A stretch of DNA of 64,000 nt from Deltaproteobacteria bacterium (GTDB taxonomy: Bacteria; Myxococcota; Myxococcia; SLRQ01), in contig JARGFU010000007.1 of NCBI GenBank assembly GCA_029210625.1, forward strand, positions 27,742 to 91,741, written 5' to 3'. The translations under genes and the position numbers were made by a program. Below, in pieces: positions 41,401-47,074 of the stretch. Each line of letters opens with the position of its first letter. The first letter of the stretch is position 1. The notes beneath the pieces are model-generated. The model saw only the letters and a list, made by a program, of their open reading frames with translations. It searched no databases and was not told where the DNA came from.

Positions 41401-44028
41401 GGTGGTGAAGGACTGCACCGTGCCCCAGTTGGTGCCGTAGGAGTTCCGGGCCAGGCCGCAGAAGTAGTAGGTGGTGCCCGGCAAGAGTCCGGTGATCGTG
41501 CGCCCGAAGGGCACCGGATCGGTGCCGGTGCCGAGATAGGTGTCCGAGACGGTCGAGGAGGGGATGCGCGTCCCGAAGCTGTCGCTGCAGGTGCCGGGGT
41601 TGGTGGTGCTGTAGCGGAAGAAGCCGTAGGCGCCGTTGCCGTTCGGATCGCCGGTGCCGTTGAGGACGACCGAGGAGGAGGTGATCGAGGTCGCCGGCTC
41701 GGTGGTCGCGACCGGCGCGTCGGCGGTGGTGAAGGTGAGCACCGCGCCGAAGGCCGTGCCCTCGGCGGAGGTGACGATGGCGCAGTAGTAGTAGAGGGTG
41801 CCGGCCGAGAGGCCGCTGACGTTCTGGTAGTAGCTGACGGCGCTGCTGCCGGAGCCGAGGTTGGAGCCCCCGGTGGCGGGCGCGCGCGAGCCGAAGGTGT
41901 CGTTGCAGGTGACCGGATCGGTCGTGCTGTAGCGGAAGTGGCCGGTGGAGGTGGCCAGGTTGGGGGTGCCGGTGCCGTTGAGCCGGGCGCTGCTGTTGGT
42001 GAGGCTGGAGGCGGGCTCGGTCGTCGCCAGGGGCGGGGTGGGCGTGGTGAAGGTGCGGACGGTGCCGAAGGCGATGCCCACCGAGTTCTGGGCGATGGCG
42101 CAGAAGTAGTAGGTCTGGCCAGCGACCAGGCCGGTGACGGCGTCGTTGAAGCTCACCGTGCTGTTGCCCGAGCCGAGGTCGTCACCGCCGGTGGTGGGGG
42201 CGCGGGTGCCGAAGGTGTCGTTGCAGCTGCCGGGGCTGCTGGTGGAGAAGCGGAACCAGCCCGAGGTCGTGGCGCCGCCGGGGTTCGCCGAGCCGTTGAG
42301 CTGCGCCGTGGTGCCGGTCAGCAGGGTGGCGCTGCTGGTGCTCACCGTCGGGAGGGCCGCCAGGGTGGTGAAGGACTGCACGCTGCCCCAGTTCGTCCCG
42401 TAGGAGTTCCGGGCCAGGGCGCAGTAGTAGTAGGTCGTGCCCGGCACGAGGCTGGTGTAGGAGCGCGAGTAGTCGACCGGGACGTCGCCGGTGCCCAGGT
42501 AGGTGTCCGAGGTGCTGGAGGTGGGCCAGCGGGAGCCGAAGGCGTCGCTGCAGGTGCCGGGGTTGGTGGAGCTGAAGCGGAAGTAGCCGTAGGTGCCGTT
42601 GAGGTTGGGCGTGGCCGAGCCCTGGAAGACCGCGCTGGTCGCCGTGATGGAGGTCGGGGGGTTGGTGGTCACGTCCGGGGCGTCGGCGGTCTTGAAGGAG
42701 ACCACGGTGCCGAAGGCCAGGCCCTCGCTGTTCTGGGCGATGGCGCAGAAGTAGTAGGTCGTGCCGGCCGAGAGCCCGCTGACGTTCTGGTAGAAGGTGA
42801 TGGACGAGGTGCCCGAGCCGAGGGCCGAGCCGCCGGTGGCCGGCGCCCGGGAGCCGAAGACGTCGTCGCAGGTGCCCGGATCGGTGAGGCCGTAGCGGAA
42901 CCACCCGGTGGCCGAGGCGCCGCTGGGGATGGCCTCGCCGTTGAGGCGGGCGCCGCTGCTGGTGAGGCTGCTCGCGGGGTTGGTGGTGACGATCGGGGCC
43001 GAGGGCGTGGTGAAGCTGCGGACGGTGCCGAAGCTCTTGCCCACGCTGTTCTGGGCGATGGCGCAGAAGTAGTAGGTCGTCGCCGAGGAGAGGCCGGTCA
43101 CGCCCACGGCGTAGCCAACCGACGAGTTGCCCGAGCCGAGGGCCGAGCCGCCGGTGGTGGGGGCGCGGGTGCCGAAGACGTCGTCGCAGGAGGCGGGGTT
43201 GGTCGTGGAGTAGCGGAACCAGCCGGTGGTCGCCGCGCCGCCCGGGTTGGCCGAGCCGTTGAGCTGGGCGGAGGTGCCGGTGACGAGGGTGGCGCTGGAG
43301 GTCGAGACCACCGGGGCGTTGGCCAGGGCGGTGAAGGAGAGCACCTCGCCGAAGGAGGTGCCGTGGGTGTTACTGGCGATGGCGCAGTAGTAGTAGGTCG
43401 AGCCCGGCTGGAGGCCGGTGATGCCGCGGGTATAGGAGACCGGGGAGTTGCCGGAGCCCAGGGCGGTGCCGCCGCTGGCCGGAGCGCGGGAGCCGAAGCT
43501 GTCGTCACAGGTGCCCGGATCGATCGTGTCGTAGCGGAACCAGCCGGTGGAGGAGGCCGCGCTGGGGTTCGCCGAGCCCTCGAGGGTGGCGGTGGTGCTG
43601 GTGATGGCCGTCGCGCCGACGGTCGTCACGGCGGGGGCGCCCGGCACCGTGAAGGAGACGATCCCTCCGAAGGCGGTGCCCGAGGCGTTGTTCACGATCG
43701 CGCAGAAGTAATAGGTGACCCCCGAGGTCAGCCCCGTCGCGAGGATCGAGTAGGGGACCGAGCCGGTGCCCGAGCCCAGATCGGTGCCGCCGGTCACCGG
43801 CACCCGGGTGCCGAAGGCGTCGGTGCAGGTGCCGGGATCGGTGGCGCTGATCCGGAACCAGCCGGTGCTCTGCTCGCCGTTCGGGTTGCCCGTGCCGTTG
43901 AGCTGGGCCGAGGACGTCGTGATCGACGTCGCCGCCGAGGTCGAGGCCGTCGGCGCGGCGGCGAGCGAAGGAACGGCAGTCAGGAGAACCACTGCGGGCA
44001 GAAGAGCCCGGGCAAGAGCACGGCGCAT
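29467..44028 (-). CDS. Giant (4,853 aa) secreted protein of 45 tandem FN3-like repeats with a MYXO-CTERM-like sorting signal
   Basis: A single uninterrupted ORF. It has a signal peptide (MRRALARALLPAVVLLTAVPSLAAAP) followed by 45 repeats of about 106 aa. The consensus is ..P.VTT.AATS.T...A.LNGSANPN...TTG(W/Y)FRYS.TDPG.C.D.FG.RAP..GG..LG.G...V.....L.GL..GTTYY(Y/F)CAIA.N..G..FG.V.SFTT. The TTYYFxAxAxN 'tyrosine corner' is FN3-like. The C-terminus is GRGCNCMASESDVGGGGIALAALLALLALPLRRRRR. The product is very rich in Thr, Ser, Gly and Ala. Confidence 0.8.
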   Translation of the reverse strand: MRRALARALLPAVVLLTAVPSLAAAPTASTSAATSITTSSAQLNGTGNPNGEQSTGWFRISATDPGTCTDAFGTRVPVTGGTDLGSGTGSVPYSILATGLTSGVTYYFCAIVNNASGTAFGGIVSFTVPGAPAVTTVGATAITSTTATLEGSANPSAASSTGWFRYDTIDPGTCDDSFGSRAPASGGTALGSGNSPVSYTRGITGLQPGSTYYYCAIASNTHGTSFGEVLSFTALANAPVVSTSSATLVTGTSAQLNGSANPGGAATTGWFRYSTTNPASCDDVFGTRAPTTGGSALGSGNSSVGYAVGVTGLSSATTYYFCAIAQNSVGKSFGTVRSFTTPSAPIVTTNPASSLTSSGARLNGEAIPSGASATGWFRYGLTDPGTCDDVFGSRAPATGGSALGSGTSSITFYQNVSGLSAGTTYYFCAIAQNSEGLAFGTVVSFKTADAPDVTTNPPTSITATSAVFQGSATPNLNGTYGYFRFSSTNPGTCSDAFGSRWPTSSTSDTYLGTGDVPVDYSRSYTSLVPGTTYYYCALARNSYGTNWGSVQSFTTLAALPTVSTSSATLLTGTTAQLNGSANPGGATTSGWFRFSTSSPGSCNDTFGTRAPTTGGDDLGSGNSTVSFNDAVTGLVAGQTYYFCAIAQNSVGIAFGTVRTFTTPTPPLATTEPASSLTNSSARLNGTGTPNLATSTGHFRYSTTDPVTCNDTFGSRAPATGGSNLGSGSSAVSYYQNVSGLSAGTLYYYCAIVTSAEGTAFGAVLTFTTADAPVATTEPATSITSSSVVLNGTGDPNGNGAYGFFRYSTTNPGTCSDSFGTRIPSSTVSDTYLGTGTDPVPFGRTITGLLPGTTYYFCGLARNSYGTNWGTVQSFTTLADPPGVSTYSATGLTATTALLRGGVDPGGAATTAWFRYDTSSPGTCNDTFGTRAPTTGGDDVGSGTSTVSYNETISGLTAGTTYYYCAIAENSEGKTYGTIVSFTTPTPPIVTTDTITGLTNSGATLRGQADPNGSATTGWFRYALTEPTDCDDVFGSRAPTTGGTSLGSGTAAVPYSRAISGLSAGTTYYYCAIAASAEGTAFGAVMSFTTADVPAVTTEAPNSITATSVVFNGTGDPNSNGAYGFFRYSTTNPGTCSDSFGTRWPSSTSSDTYLGTGTAAVPFARTLTGLLPGNTYYYCALARNSYGTSWGTVQSFTTLAALPTVSTYSATALTGTGAQLRGGANPGGATTTAWFRYATASPGTCNDTFGTRAPTTGGDALGAGNSTVSFNENVTGLVAGTTYYYCAIAENSVGKAFGSMVSFTTPTPPLVTTDPATGITQDDATLRGTGTPNGSATTGWFRYSPTDPGTCNDTFGSRAPTSGGTNLGTGTSGVSFSQSIAGLSVGSTYYYCAIVSSAEGTAFGAVITFTTADAPTVTTEPPTSITSSSVLFNGSADPNAAGTYGYFRFSTTDPGACSDSFGTRWPSSTTSDTYLGTGSAPVFYARSYTSLLPGTTYYYCALARNSYGTSWGSVLSFTTLPDAPTATTYSAINLTGTTATLRGASDPGGAATTGWFRYSTTSPGTCNDTFGTRAPTTGGDALGAGTNNVSFSEDITGLVAGTTYYYCAIAENSVGKTFGSIVSFTTPTPPTVVTEAAGSITNSSVRLYGTGTPNGAATTGWFRYALTDPGTCNDTFGSRAPTTGGTSLGSGTSGVSFNQTISGLSAGTTYYYCAIVSSAEGTAFGTVVSVTTADAPIVTTEPPTSITSSSVVFQGTANPNNNGTYGYFRFSTSNPGVCSDVFGTRWPSSSTSDTYLGTGAGVVSFSRSRTSLQPGTTYYYCALARNSYGTSWGSVQTFTTDSVEPTVGTNSATGVSPTLATLNGYANPWGSATTGWYRYGTASPGTCNDSFGTRAPTTGGTNLGSGTSNTSFSQAITGLSPGTTYYFCAVAQNAVGISFGTVRSFTTTTPPTVVTLAATPVTSTTATLNAAITPNSYTTTGWFRYDTTDPAGCNDTFGTVSTTYSLGSGSVPVAMAQPLSGLAPATTYYFCAIAESSVGKTLGPVLSFTTPAAPPAATTLAATAIASTGATLNGTVNPNGDPTTAWFRHSTTNPGTCNDTFGTRTPATGGADLGGGNTPVPHAQAVTSLNPGTTYYFCILASSSVGNAVGEILSFTTPAAPTVTTGVASSITSSGATLAGQADPNLNGSTGYFRYDTTDPGTCDDSFGTRAPASGGASLGAGDIAVPYTQAITGLSSGTTYYFCAIASNAVGTGFGSVATFTTPATPTVTTVAASLISSSGATLNGSANPNLSSTTGWFRYSATPPASCDDTFGTRTPATGGASLGAGGSPIAFAQAISGLSSGITYYFCAIAQNATGLDFGGVLSFTTTGPPGVTTVTASAVTGTSATLEGTASPNLSPTTGYFRYSATDPGTCNDSFGTRAPASGGASLGAGSAPVPYTQSVTGLATGTTYYYCAIANNAEGTGFGVVRSFSTAAAPTVTTVAVSGVSSTGATLDGQANPQLLAATGYFRYGTIDPGTCNDSFGTRVPASGGTDLGAGGTPISFDEVLAGLSASTTYYFCAAATNAVGTAFGGVLSFTTPDAPTVSTLAATAVSASGATLQGSANPNLSGTSGYFRYASSDPGTCNDSFGTRAPASGGTALGAGSSALPYDEVLTGLASSTTYYYCAIAANAEGTSFGAVLSFTTPTLPTVTTAAATSVTSSGAVLNGSADPNLDATTGWFRYSSTDPTTCNDSFGTRTPASGGTDLGSGNSPVPYSNSLTGLASGTTYYFCAIAQSATGTGFGSVISFTTPSAPAVTTLAASAVSGTGATLEGAANPNLSASTGHFRYATTDPGTCNDTFGTRTPATGGTALGAGSSDVFYSRTLSGLSTGTTYYYCAIATNAEGTAFGGVLSFTTADAPSVSTGSATAITGSSAILSASADPNLEATTGHFRYATTDPGVCDDSFGLRAPATGGASLGSGGSPVPYTQALSGLSAGTTYYFCAIATNAVGTSFGVLQSFTTADVPVVTTDPATAVSATGATLEGTAIANRSPTTGHFRYATTSPGVCDDSFGTRVPATGGTDLGSGAAPLAYTEVLTGLASGTTYYYCAIAINAEGTALGAVLSFTTPTLPAVTTAAATSVTSTSAVLNGSANPNLDATTGYFRYSSTDPTTCNDSFGTRAPAAGGVSLGAGGSPVPYSQALTGLGAGTTYYFCAIAQSGTGNGYGAVLSFTTPAAPTVATLAATGVTSTTATLQASATPNLRAATGHFRFSTTDPGTCSDSFGTRLPAAGGTSLGSGSSPVPFSEPLTGLSTGTTYFYCAIASNSEGTGFGGVQTFTTAAAPTVLTSAVTAVTGTGATLTGSGNPNFEATTAHFRFATTDPGVCNDAFGTRVPAAGGTDLGSGGASVPFSEAITGLTTGTTYFYCAIASNTYGTGFGLVLSFTTAAPPTVTTAPATSVAATSATLEGSANPSNSATTGHFRYSTTNPGACDDSFGTRAPLTGGASLGSGSVPVPFSQSLVGLSAATTYYYCAIASNAQGTSFGAISSFSTPAAPNVVTSPATSVTGSSAVLAGSANPNLSPTTGYFRYSSTDPSVCNDSFGTRAPASGGANLGAGSANVPFTQAVSGLAAGTTYYFCAIAQNATGTDFGSVLSFTTPAAPTVASLAATAVSSTGATLEGSADPNLAAATGYFRLGTTAPGTCSDAYGTRHPSTGGEALGAGNLSVPYSLAVTGLSPATTYYFCAAAVNAEGRTFGGVQSFTTLASPSVTTLAASGVAGSTATLEGSANPNLSATTGWLRYGPVNPGACNDSFGTRTPATGGVSLGAGGTPVTYTQTLTGLVPGTTYYFCAIAQNAVGLELGQVLSFTTLAPPAVTTLAATSLSGWGATLNGSADPNASTTTGHFRYATTSPGTCNDTFGTRAPAGGGADLGAGSAPQAYAESITGLTPATTYYFCAIATNSEGPGFGTVLSFTTPAEPTVTTVAATSVTSTGAVFNGSANPNLTATTGYFRYSATDPTFCNDSFGTRMPASGGADLGNGSSAVPYSQAISGLTAGTTYYFCAIASNATGAGYGSVLSFTTPSAPTVATLPPTGVSSTGATLEGWANPNLSASTGYFRYASTAPSSCNDTFGTRAPFAGGTSLGNGGSAVQYSQGITGLTPSTTYYYCAIATNSTGPGFGTVLSFTTPASPSVTTVAATSITGSSAVLGGSANPNLAATTGHFRYDTADPVFCNDSFGTRAPAASGTALGSGSSPVPYTQGITGLQPGTTYYFYAIAQNATGTGIGSVLSFTTLEAPATTTLAATSLGHTTATLEGVANPNAGASTGYFRYDTTSPGTCNDTFGMRAPSFGGTSLGSGTSPVTFSESLVGLTAGTTYYFCAVAQNATGLGFGAVLSFTTLGSPRVTTEPADQIVATGADLHGTAEPGPLATTAWFRYGTTSPGSCDDLFGTRLPASGGTPITAGAGVTPFTETLTGLTPNTTYYFCAIAQNSDGFGFGEVRMLTTPADYPSVTTDPATGVDLSSAVLNGTANPNADLTLGWFRIDSVDPGSCDDSFGIRLPDALGHDLGAGVDPVAFSEPATGLDPGVTYYYCAIAENGLGMTFGQLESFTTGATAPDVVTDPATDVVGTSATLAGAATPNGTEATGWFRLGDTDPGTCDDAFGQRVPDTGGIALGAAFSPAPFSVNAAGLSPGTTYYYCAAASNLAGAAFGNVQSFTTADVPPLVLTLSSSSNAQQVTLAGSGNPQGFDAVGWFRYSLQEPAACDDSFGTRVPAGEGEGTILGAGNFAVQFAETLPNPGAGTYYFCAIAGSEGGTGFGEIRTFTVAEPPDVGTGRGCNCMASESDVGGGGIALAALLALLALPLRRRRR
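29580..43940 (-). repeat. Coding tandem-repeat array: 45 units of about 318 bp
   Basis: The period comes from the protein repeats. Units are diverged at nucleotide level; for example, the antisense mini-ORFs in different units are only about 50% identical. Confidence 0.75.
38480..43300 (-). repeat. Higher-order repeat zone: five copies of a 3-unit (A-B-C) super-repeat of about 320 aa (~960 bp)
   Basis: Repeats 3-17 of the protein alternate three sub-types. Type A has GWFRY...GGD.LG.GNSTVSFN...AIAENSVGK. Type B has PNGSATTGWFRY...AIVSSAEGTAFG...FTTADAP. Type C has (T/A)YG(Y/F)FR(F/Y)S...RWPSS.TSDTYLGTG...YYYCALARNSYGT(S/N)WG...FTTLAALP. Cognate units in different copies are about 85% identical. 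Confidence 0.65.
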
Positions 44029-44146
44029 GGGGCAACCCCTCCGGTTGGGTGTCGAGACGACCCAACGAGTTTAGGGGATCGCGCGCGGCCCGGATACGAT
44101 CGGAGCGAGGGGGGCGGATTTCCCCCGGAGAGCCCGAATTCGGGCT

Positions 44147-45544
44147 CTATTCGGCAGAAGTGGGGGGCTCGTCCCCCTCGTCATCCTCCCCGTCGGACCA
44201 GGCGGAGAGCTTCCGGTAGATCGTCCGGGTGGAGAGGCCCAGGAGGCGGGCGGCGAGCTGCTTGTCGCCCCTCGTCTGCTCCAGCGTCGCGAGGATCACC
44301 GAGCGCTCGATCTCCTCGAGGGGAGCGCCGACGGGCACCACCAGCTCCCGCCGCGCACCGCCGCGCTGCTGGGCGATCTCCTCGGGCAGCTCCGGGAGAT
44401 CGATCCGGTCGCCGCGGCAGAGGACGACGGCCCGCTGCACGATGTTCTGCAGCTGCCGCACGTTCCCGGGGAAGGCGAAGCCCTCCAGGGCGTTCATCGC
44501 GGCCTCGGTGAAGCCGGCGAGGTTCTTGCCGTTCTCCGAGGCGTAGCGGGCCAGGAAGTGCTGGGCGAGCAGCGGGACGTCTCCGCTGCGCTCGCGCAGG
44601 GGCGGCAGGGTCAGGGTGATGACGTTCAGGCGGTAGAAGAGATCCTCCCGGAAGGTGCCCTGGGACACCGCCTCGGAGAGGTCCTTGTTGGTGGCGGCCA
44701 GCACCCGGACGTCGGCCCGGAGGGTCTCGCCGCCGCCGAGCCGCTCGAACTCGCCGCTCTGCAACACCCGCAGGAGCTTGGCCTGCACCGGGGCGGAGAG
44801 CTCGCCGACCTCGTCGAGGAAGAGGGTCCCGCGATCGGCCCGCTGGAAGCGTCCGGCCCGCCGCGCCGAGGCGCCGGTGTAGGCGCCCTTCTCGACGCCG
44901 AAGAGCTCCGACTCCAGCAGGGTCTCCGGGATGGCCGCGCAGTTCACGGCCACGAAGGGGCCGTCGCTGCGCTCGGAGAGGGCGTGGAGGGCCCGGGCGA
45001 TCAGCTCCTTGCCGGTGCCCGACTCGCCCTGGAGGAGGACGGTGGCGTTGGAAGGGGCGGCCTGCCGCACCAGATCGAGGGAGGCGCGGAAGGCCGGAGA
45101 CTGGCCGATGAGCCCGTCGGGGGAGGCCAGGGTCTTCAGGCGGGCCCGCAGGGTGCGGTTCTCCAGGACGAGGGCCTGGCGATCGAGGGCCTTGCGGACG
45201 GCCTTCACGATCACCATCCGCTTGAGGGGCTTGGTGACGAAGTCGTAGGCCCCCTCCTTCATCGCCTCCACCGCGGTCTCCACCGTGCCGTGGGCGGTCA
45301 TCAGGACGACCTCGATCTCCGGGGCGATGGTCCGGACGGCGCGCAGCAGCTCGGTCCCGCTCATCCCCGGCATCATCAGATCGGTGAGGACGACGTTCAC
45401 CTCTTCTGCCCGGAGCAGCTCGAGGGCCTGCGCCCCGTTGGTGGCCTTCAGGACCTCCCACTCCTCGCGGGAGAAGATCCGCTCGAGGGAGTCGAGGTTC
45501 GACTGCTCGTCGTCGACGATCAGGACCTTGGGCGGGGCGTCCAT
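44147..45544 (-). CDS. Sigma-54-dependent response regulator (NtrC/Fis family: REC + AAA+ sigma-54 interaction + HTH)
   Basis: The product has a receiver domain (VLIVDDEQ...[12 protein letters not shown]), a Walker A motif GESGTGKE, a GAFTGA-like segment, and a C-terminal Fis-type HTH. Its start [12 protein letters not shown] was re-derived at 45544. Confidence 0.85.
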   Translation of the reverse strand: MDAPPKVLIVDDEQSNLDSLERIFSREEWEVLKATNGAQALELLRAEEVNVVLTDLMMPGMSGTELLRAVRTIAPEIEVVLMTAHGTVETAVEAMKEGAYDFVTKPLKRMVIVKAVRKALDRQALVLENRTLRARLKTLASPDGLIGQSPAFRASLDLVRQAAPSNATVLLQGESGTGKELIARALHALSERSDGPFVAVNCAAIPETLLESELFGVEKGAYTGASARRAGRFQRADRGTLFLDEVGELSAPVQAKLLRVLQSGEFERLGGGETLRADVRVLAATNKDLSEAVSQGTFREDLFYRLNVITLTLPPLRERSGDVPLLAQHFLARYASENGKNLAGFTEAAMNALEGFAFPGNVRQLQNIVQRAVVLCRGDRIDLPELPEEIAQQRGGARRELVVPVGAPLEEIERSVILATLEQTRGDKQLAARLLGLSTRTIYRKLSAWSDGEDDEGDEPPTSAE

Positions 45545-45561
45545 CTCACGCTCCTCCACGC

Positions 45562-46257
45562 TTACTTCCCGACGGGGGCGTGCACGCCGAGGGTGAGGGA
45601 GGGGAAGAGGACGTGCCCGCCCGAGCCCTCCGGCAAGGGGTGATCGATCCCGCCGCTCCAGTCGGTGACATAGCGGGACAACTTCAGAGGCACCCAGGTG
45701 ATTCCGGCGCCCAGGGAGAGCCAGTCGGTGGCGAAGGCCTCGGCCCGCAGGCCGAAGGCCAGGACCAGCCCGTCCATCGCCCGATCCTCGCCGATCACGC
45801 CGTAGCCGGCGCCCAGGTGGATCGACGCGTCCCACCAGCGGCGGGCGGTGGGGGAGAGCACCTCCAGCGCCTCCAGGAGGGCCGCCGGGTGCCAGCCCAG
45901 CTCGAGGGTGGCCAGGCCGGCGCCGCCCCGCTGGGAGCTGCCGAGGTCCCAGCCGTGGCCGCGCAGCTGCAGCAGGATGCTGGCGTGGCCCCGGATGTTG
46001 TAGCCGATGCCCAGGCCGAGCCCGAGGCTGTTCTCGGTCTGCTGCACCAGGAGGGGATCGACGAAGGGGCGCTCGAAGACCGGCACCTGATCCGCGATCC
46101 GGGGACCGTCCAGGGTCCAGGCGGAGTAGCCCGGCTCGAGGCGGATGGTCAGCCCCTCCTCCAGCCGGCGCTGGGGCTCGACCGGGGCGCCGTCCGCCCG
46201 GGCGAGGGCGGGCAGCAGGAGGAGGGCGAGGAGGGGGAGGGTGAGGCGGTGCGGCAT
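45562..46257 (-). CDS. Hypothetical secreted beta-rich protein, possibly a small outer-membrane protein
   Basis: The product has a signal peptide (MPHRLTLPLLALLLLPALARA) and Gly/aromatic-rich alternating segments. Confidence 0.45.
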   Translation of the reverse strand: MPHRLTLPLLALLLLPALARADGAPVEPQRRLEEGLTIRLEPGYSAWTLDGPRIADQVPVFERPFVDPLLVQQTENSLGLGLGIGYNIRGHASILLQLRGHGWDLGSSQRGGAGLATLELGWHPAALLEALEVLSPTARRWWDASIHLGAGYGVIGEDRAMDGLVLAFGLRAEAFATDWLSLGAGITWVPLKLSRYVTDWSGGIDHPLPEGSGGHVLFPSLTLGVHAPVGK

Positions 46258-46324
46258 GGGAGGCGCGTACCAGAGGAAGGCGTCGCTGTCAGCCACCCGC
46301 AAGTGCCTAGGTTGATGGCATGGA

Positions 46325-46347
46325 GCGAGGGGCTCCGGGCCCCTCGC
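46325..46347 (+). promoter_or_regulatory. Perfect 9-bp-stem hairpin in the 5' leader of the downstream gene, 1 nt before its RBS
   Basis: The sequence gcgaggggc-tccgg-gcccctcgc is followed by gaaaaggagg and then the ATG at 46364. Confidence 0.3.
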
Positions 46348-46363
46348 GAAAAGGAGGCGCACG

Positions 46364-47074
46364 ATGATCCGCAGAGGTCCCGGTCATCTCGATCATCTGA
46401 TCGACCGCCACGTGGCGCTGTTGGATGTCCAGAAGCGAGTCCAGTCCGAGAAGGCCGGAGAGCGCGCTGCCCAGGCCGCCCCCGAAGAGGGGCACTGGTT
46501 GACCGTCTCGATGGGGATGGGGGTGCAGGGCGAGGCGATCGGCCGGGCGGTGGGTGAGCGCCTCGGCTGGCGGGTCTTCGATCGCGAGCTCCTCGACGTG
46601 ATCGCCCGGACCGAGCACACCCGCGAGCGACTGCTCGCCCGCCTCGACGAGCGAGCGGTGGGCAAGCTCGAGGAGTTCTTCTCCCGCTTCCTGATGCCCC
46701 GGGAGCCGAGCCGCTCCATCCTGGTCAACGACCTGATGCAGGTGATCTGGGCCCTGGGCCGGGAGGGCTCGGTGGTCCTCCTCGGGCGTGGCGCGAACTT
46801 CGTCCTCGCCGGCACCGGCGGCCTGCGGGTGCGGCTGGTCGCCACGCTGGAGGAGCGCGTCGCGCGGGTCGCCGAGGAGGAGAAGCTCTCGAGCGCCGAA
46901 GCCAAGGCCAAGATCCTCGCGGACGACACCCGCCGGGAGGGGTTCCTCCGGCAGACCTACGGCCGCGCGATCAACGATCCCCGAGCCTACGACCTCATCC
47001 TGAACACCGGCACGCTGGGGGTGGAGCGGTCGGTGGAGCTGATCCTCACCGCCCTGGGCGAGGAAGAGGTCTAG
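46364..47074 (+). CDS. Cytidylate kinase-like family protein (P-loop NTPase-like)
   Basis: The 236-aa product has a degenerate glycine-rich loop (LTVSMGMGVQGEAIGRA). Confidence 0.5.
   Translation: MIRRGPGHLDHLIDRHVALLDVQKRVQSEKAGERAAQAAPEEGHWLTVSMGMGVQGEAIGRAVGERLGWRVFDRELLDVIARTEHTRERLLARLDERAVGKLEEFFSRFLMPREPSRSILVNDLMQVIWALGREGSVVLLGRGANFVLAGTGGLRVRLVATLEERVARVAEEEKLSSAEAKAKILADDTRREGFLRQTYGRAINDPRAYDLILNTGTLGVERSVELILTALGEEEV

Noticed and set aside
29580-43940. Possible CRISPR array or DGR template/variable repeats because of strong periodicity
   Set aside because: The period is about 318 bp with no short direct repeats or spacers. The whole region is one continuous ORF. The repeats are protein-domain repeats, and no reverse transcriptase or cas genes are nearby.
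29467-44028. Frequent N-G-S/T sequons (LNGS, LNGT) in every repeat as evidence of bacterial N-glycosylation
   Set aside because: The PglB-type sequon requires an acidic residue at -2 (D/E-x-N-x-S/T). Here -2 is Thr or Ala. The motif is more simply a conserved beta-turn of the repeat.
44029-44146. Sigma-54 (-24/-12) promoter for the giant gene directly downstream of the EBP
   Set aside because: I manually searched the minus-strand spacer for GG-N10-GC with TGGCAC/TTGC context and found no acceptable match. The relationship is left as a hypothesis only.
29317-44511. 5,064-aa ORF on the + strand spanning the whole giant-gene region
   Set aside because: It is the antisense of the minus-strand gene. 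Its translation is low-complexity Gly/Ala/Arg sequence with no signal peptide and no domain periodicity. Its openness is explained by GC-rich codon bias (few stop codons in the reverse frame). The minus-strand product has a signal peptide, ordered repeats and a sorting signal.
46300-46330. TGGCAT...GC sigma-54-like motif upstream of the cytidylate-kinase-like gene
   Set aside because: The spacing between GG and GC is 8 nt rather than 10, so it is not a credible -24/-12 promoter.
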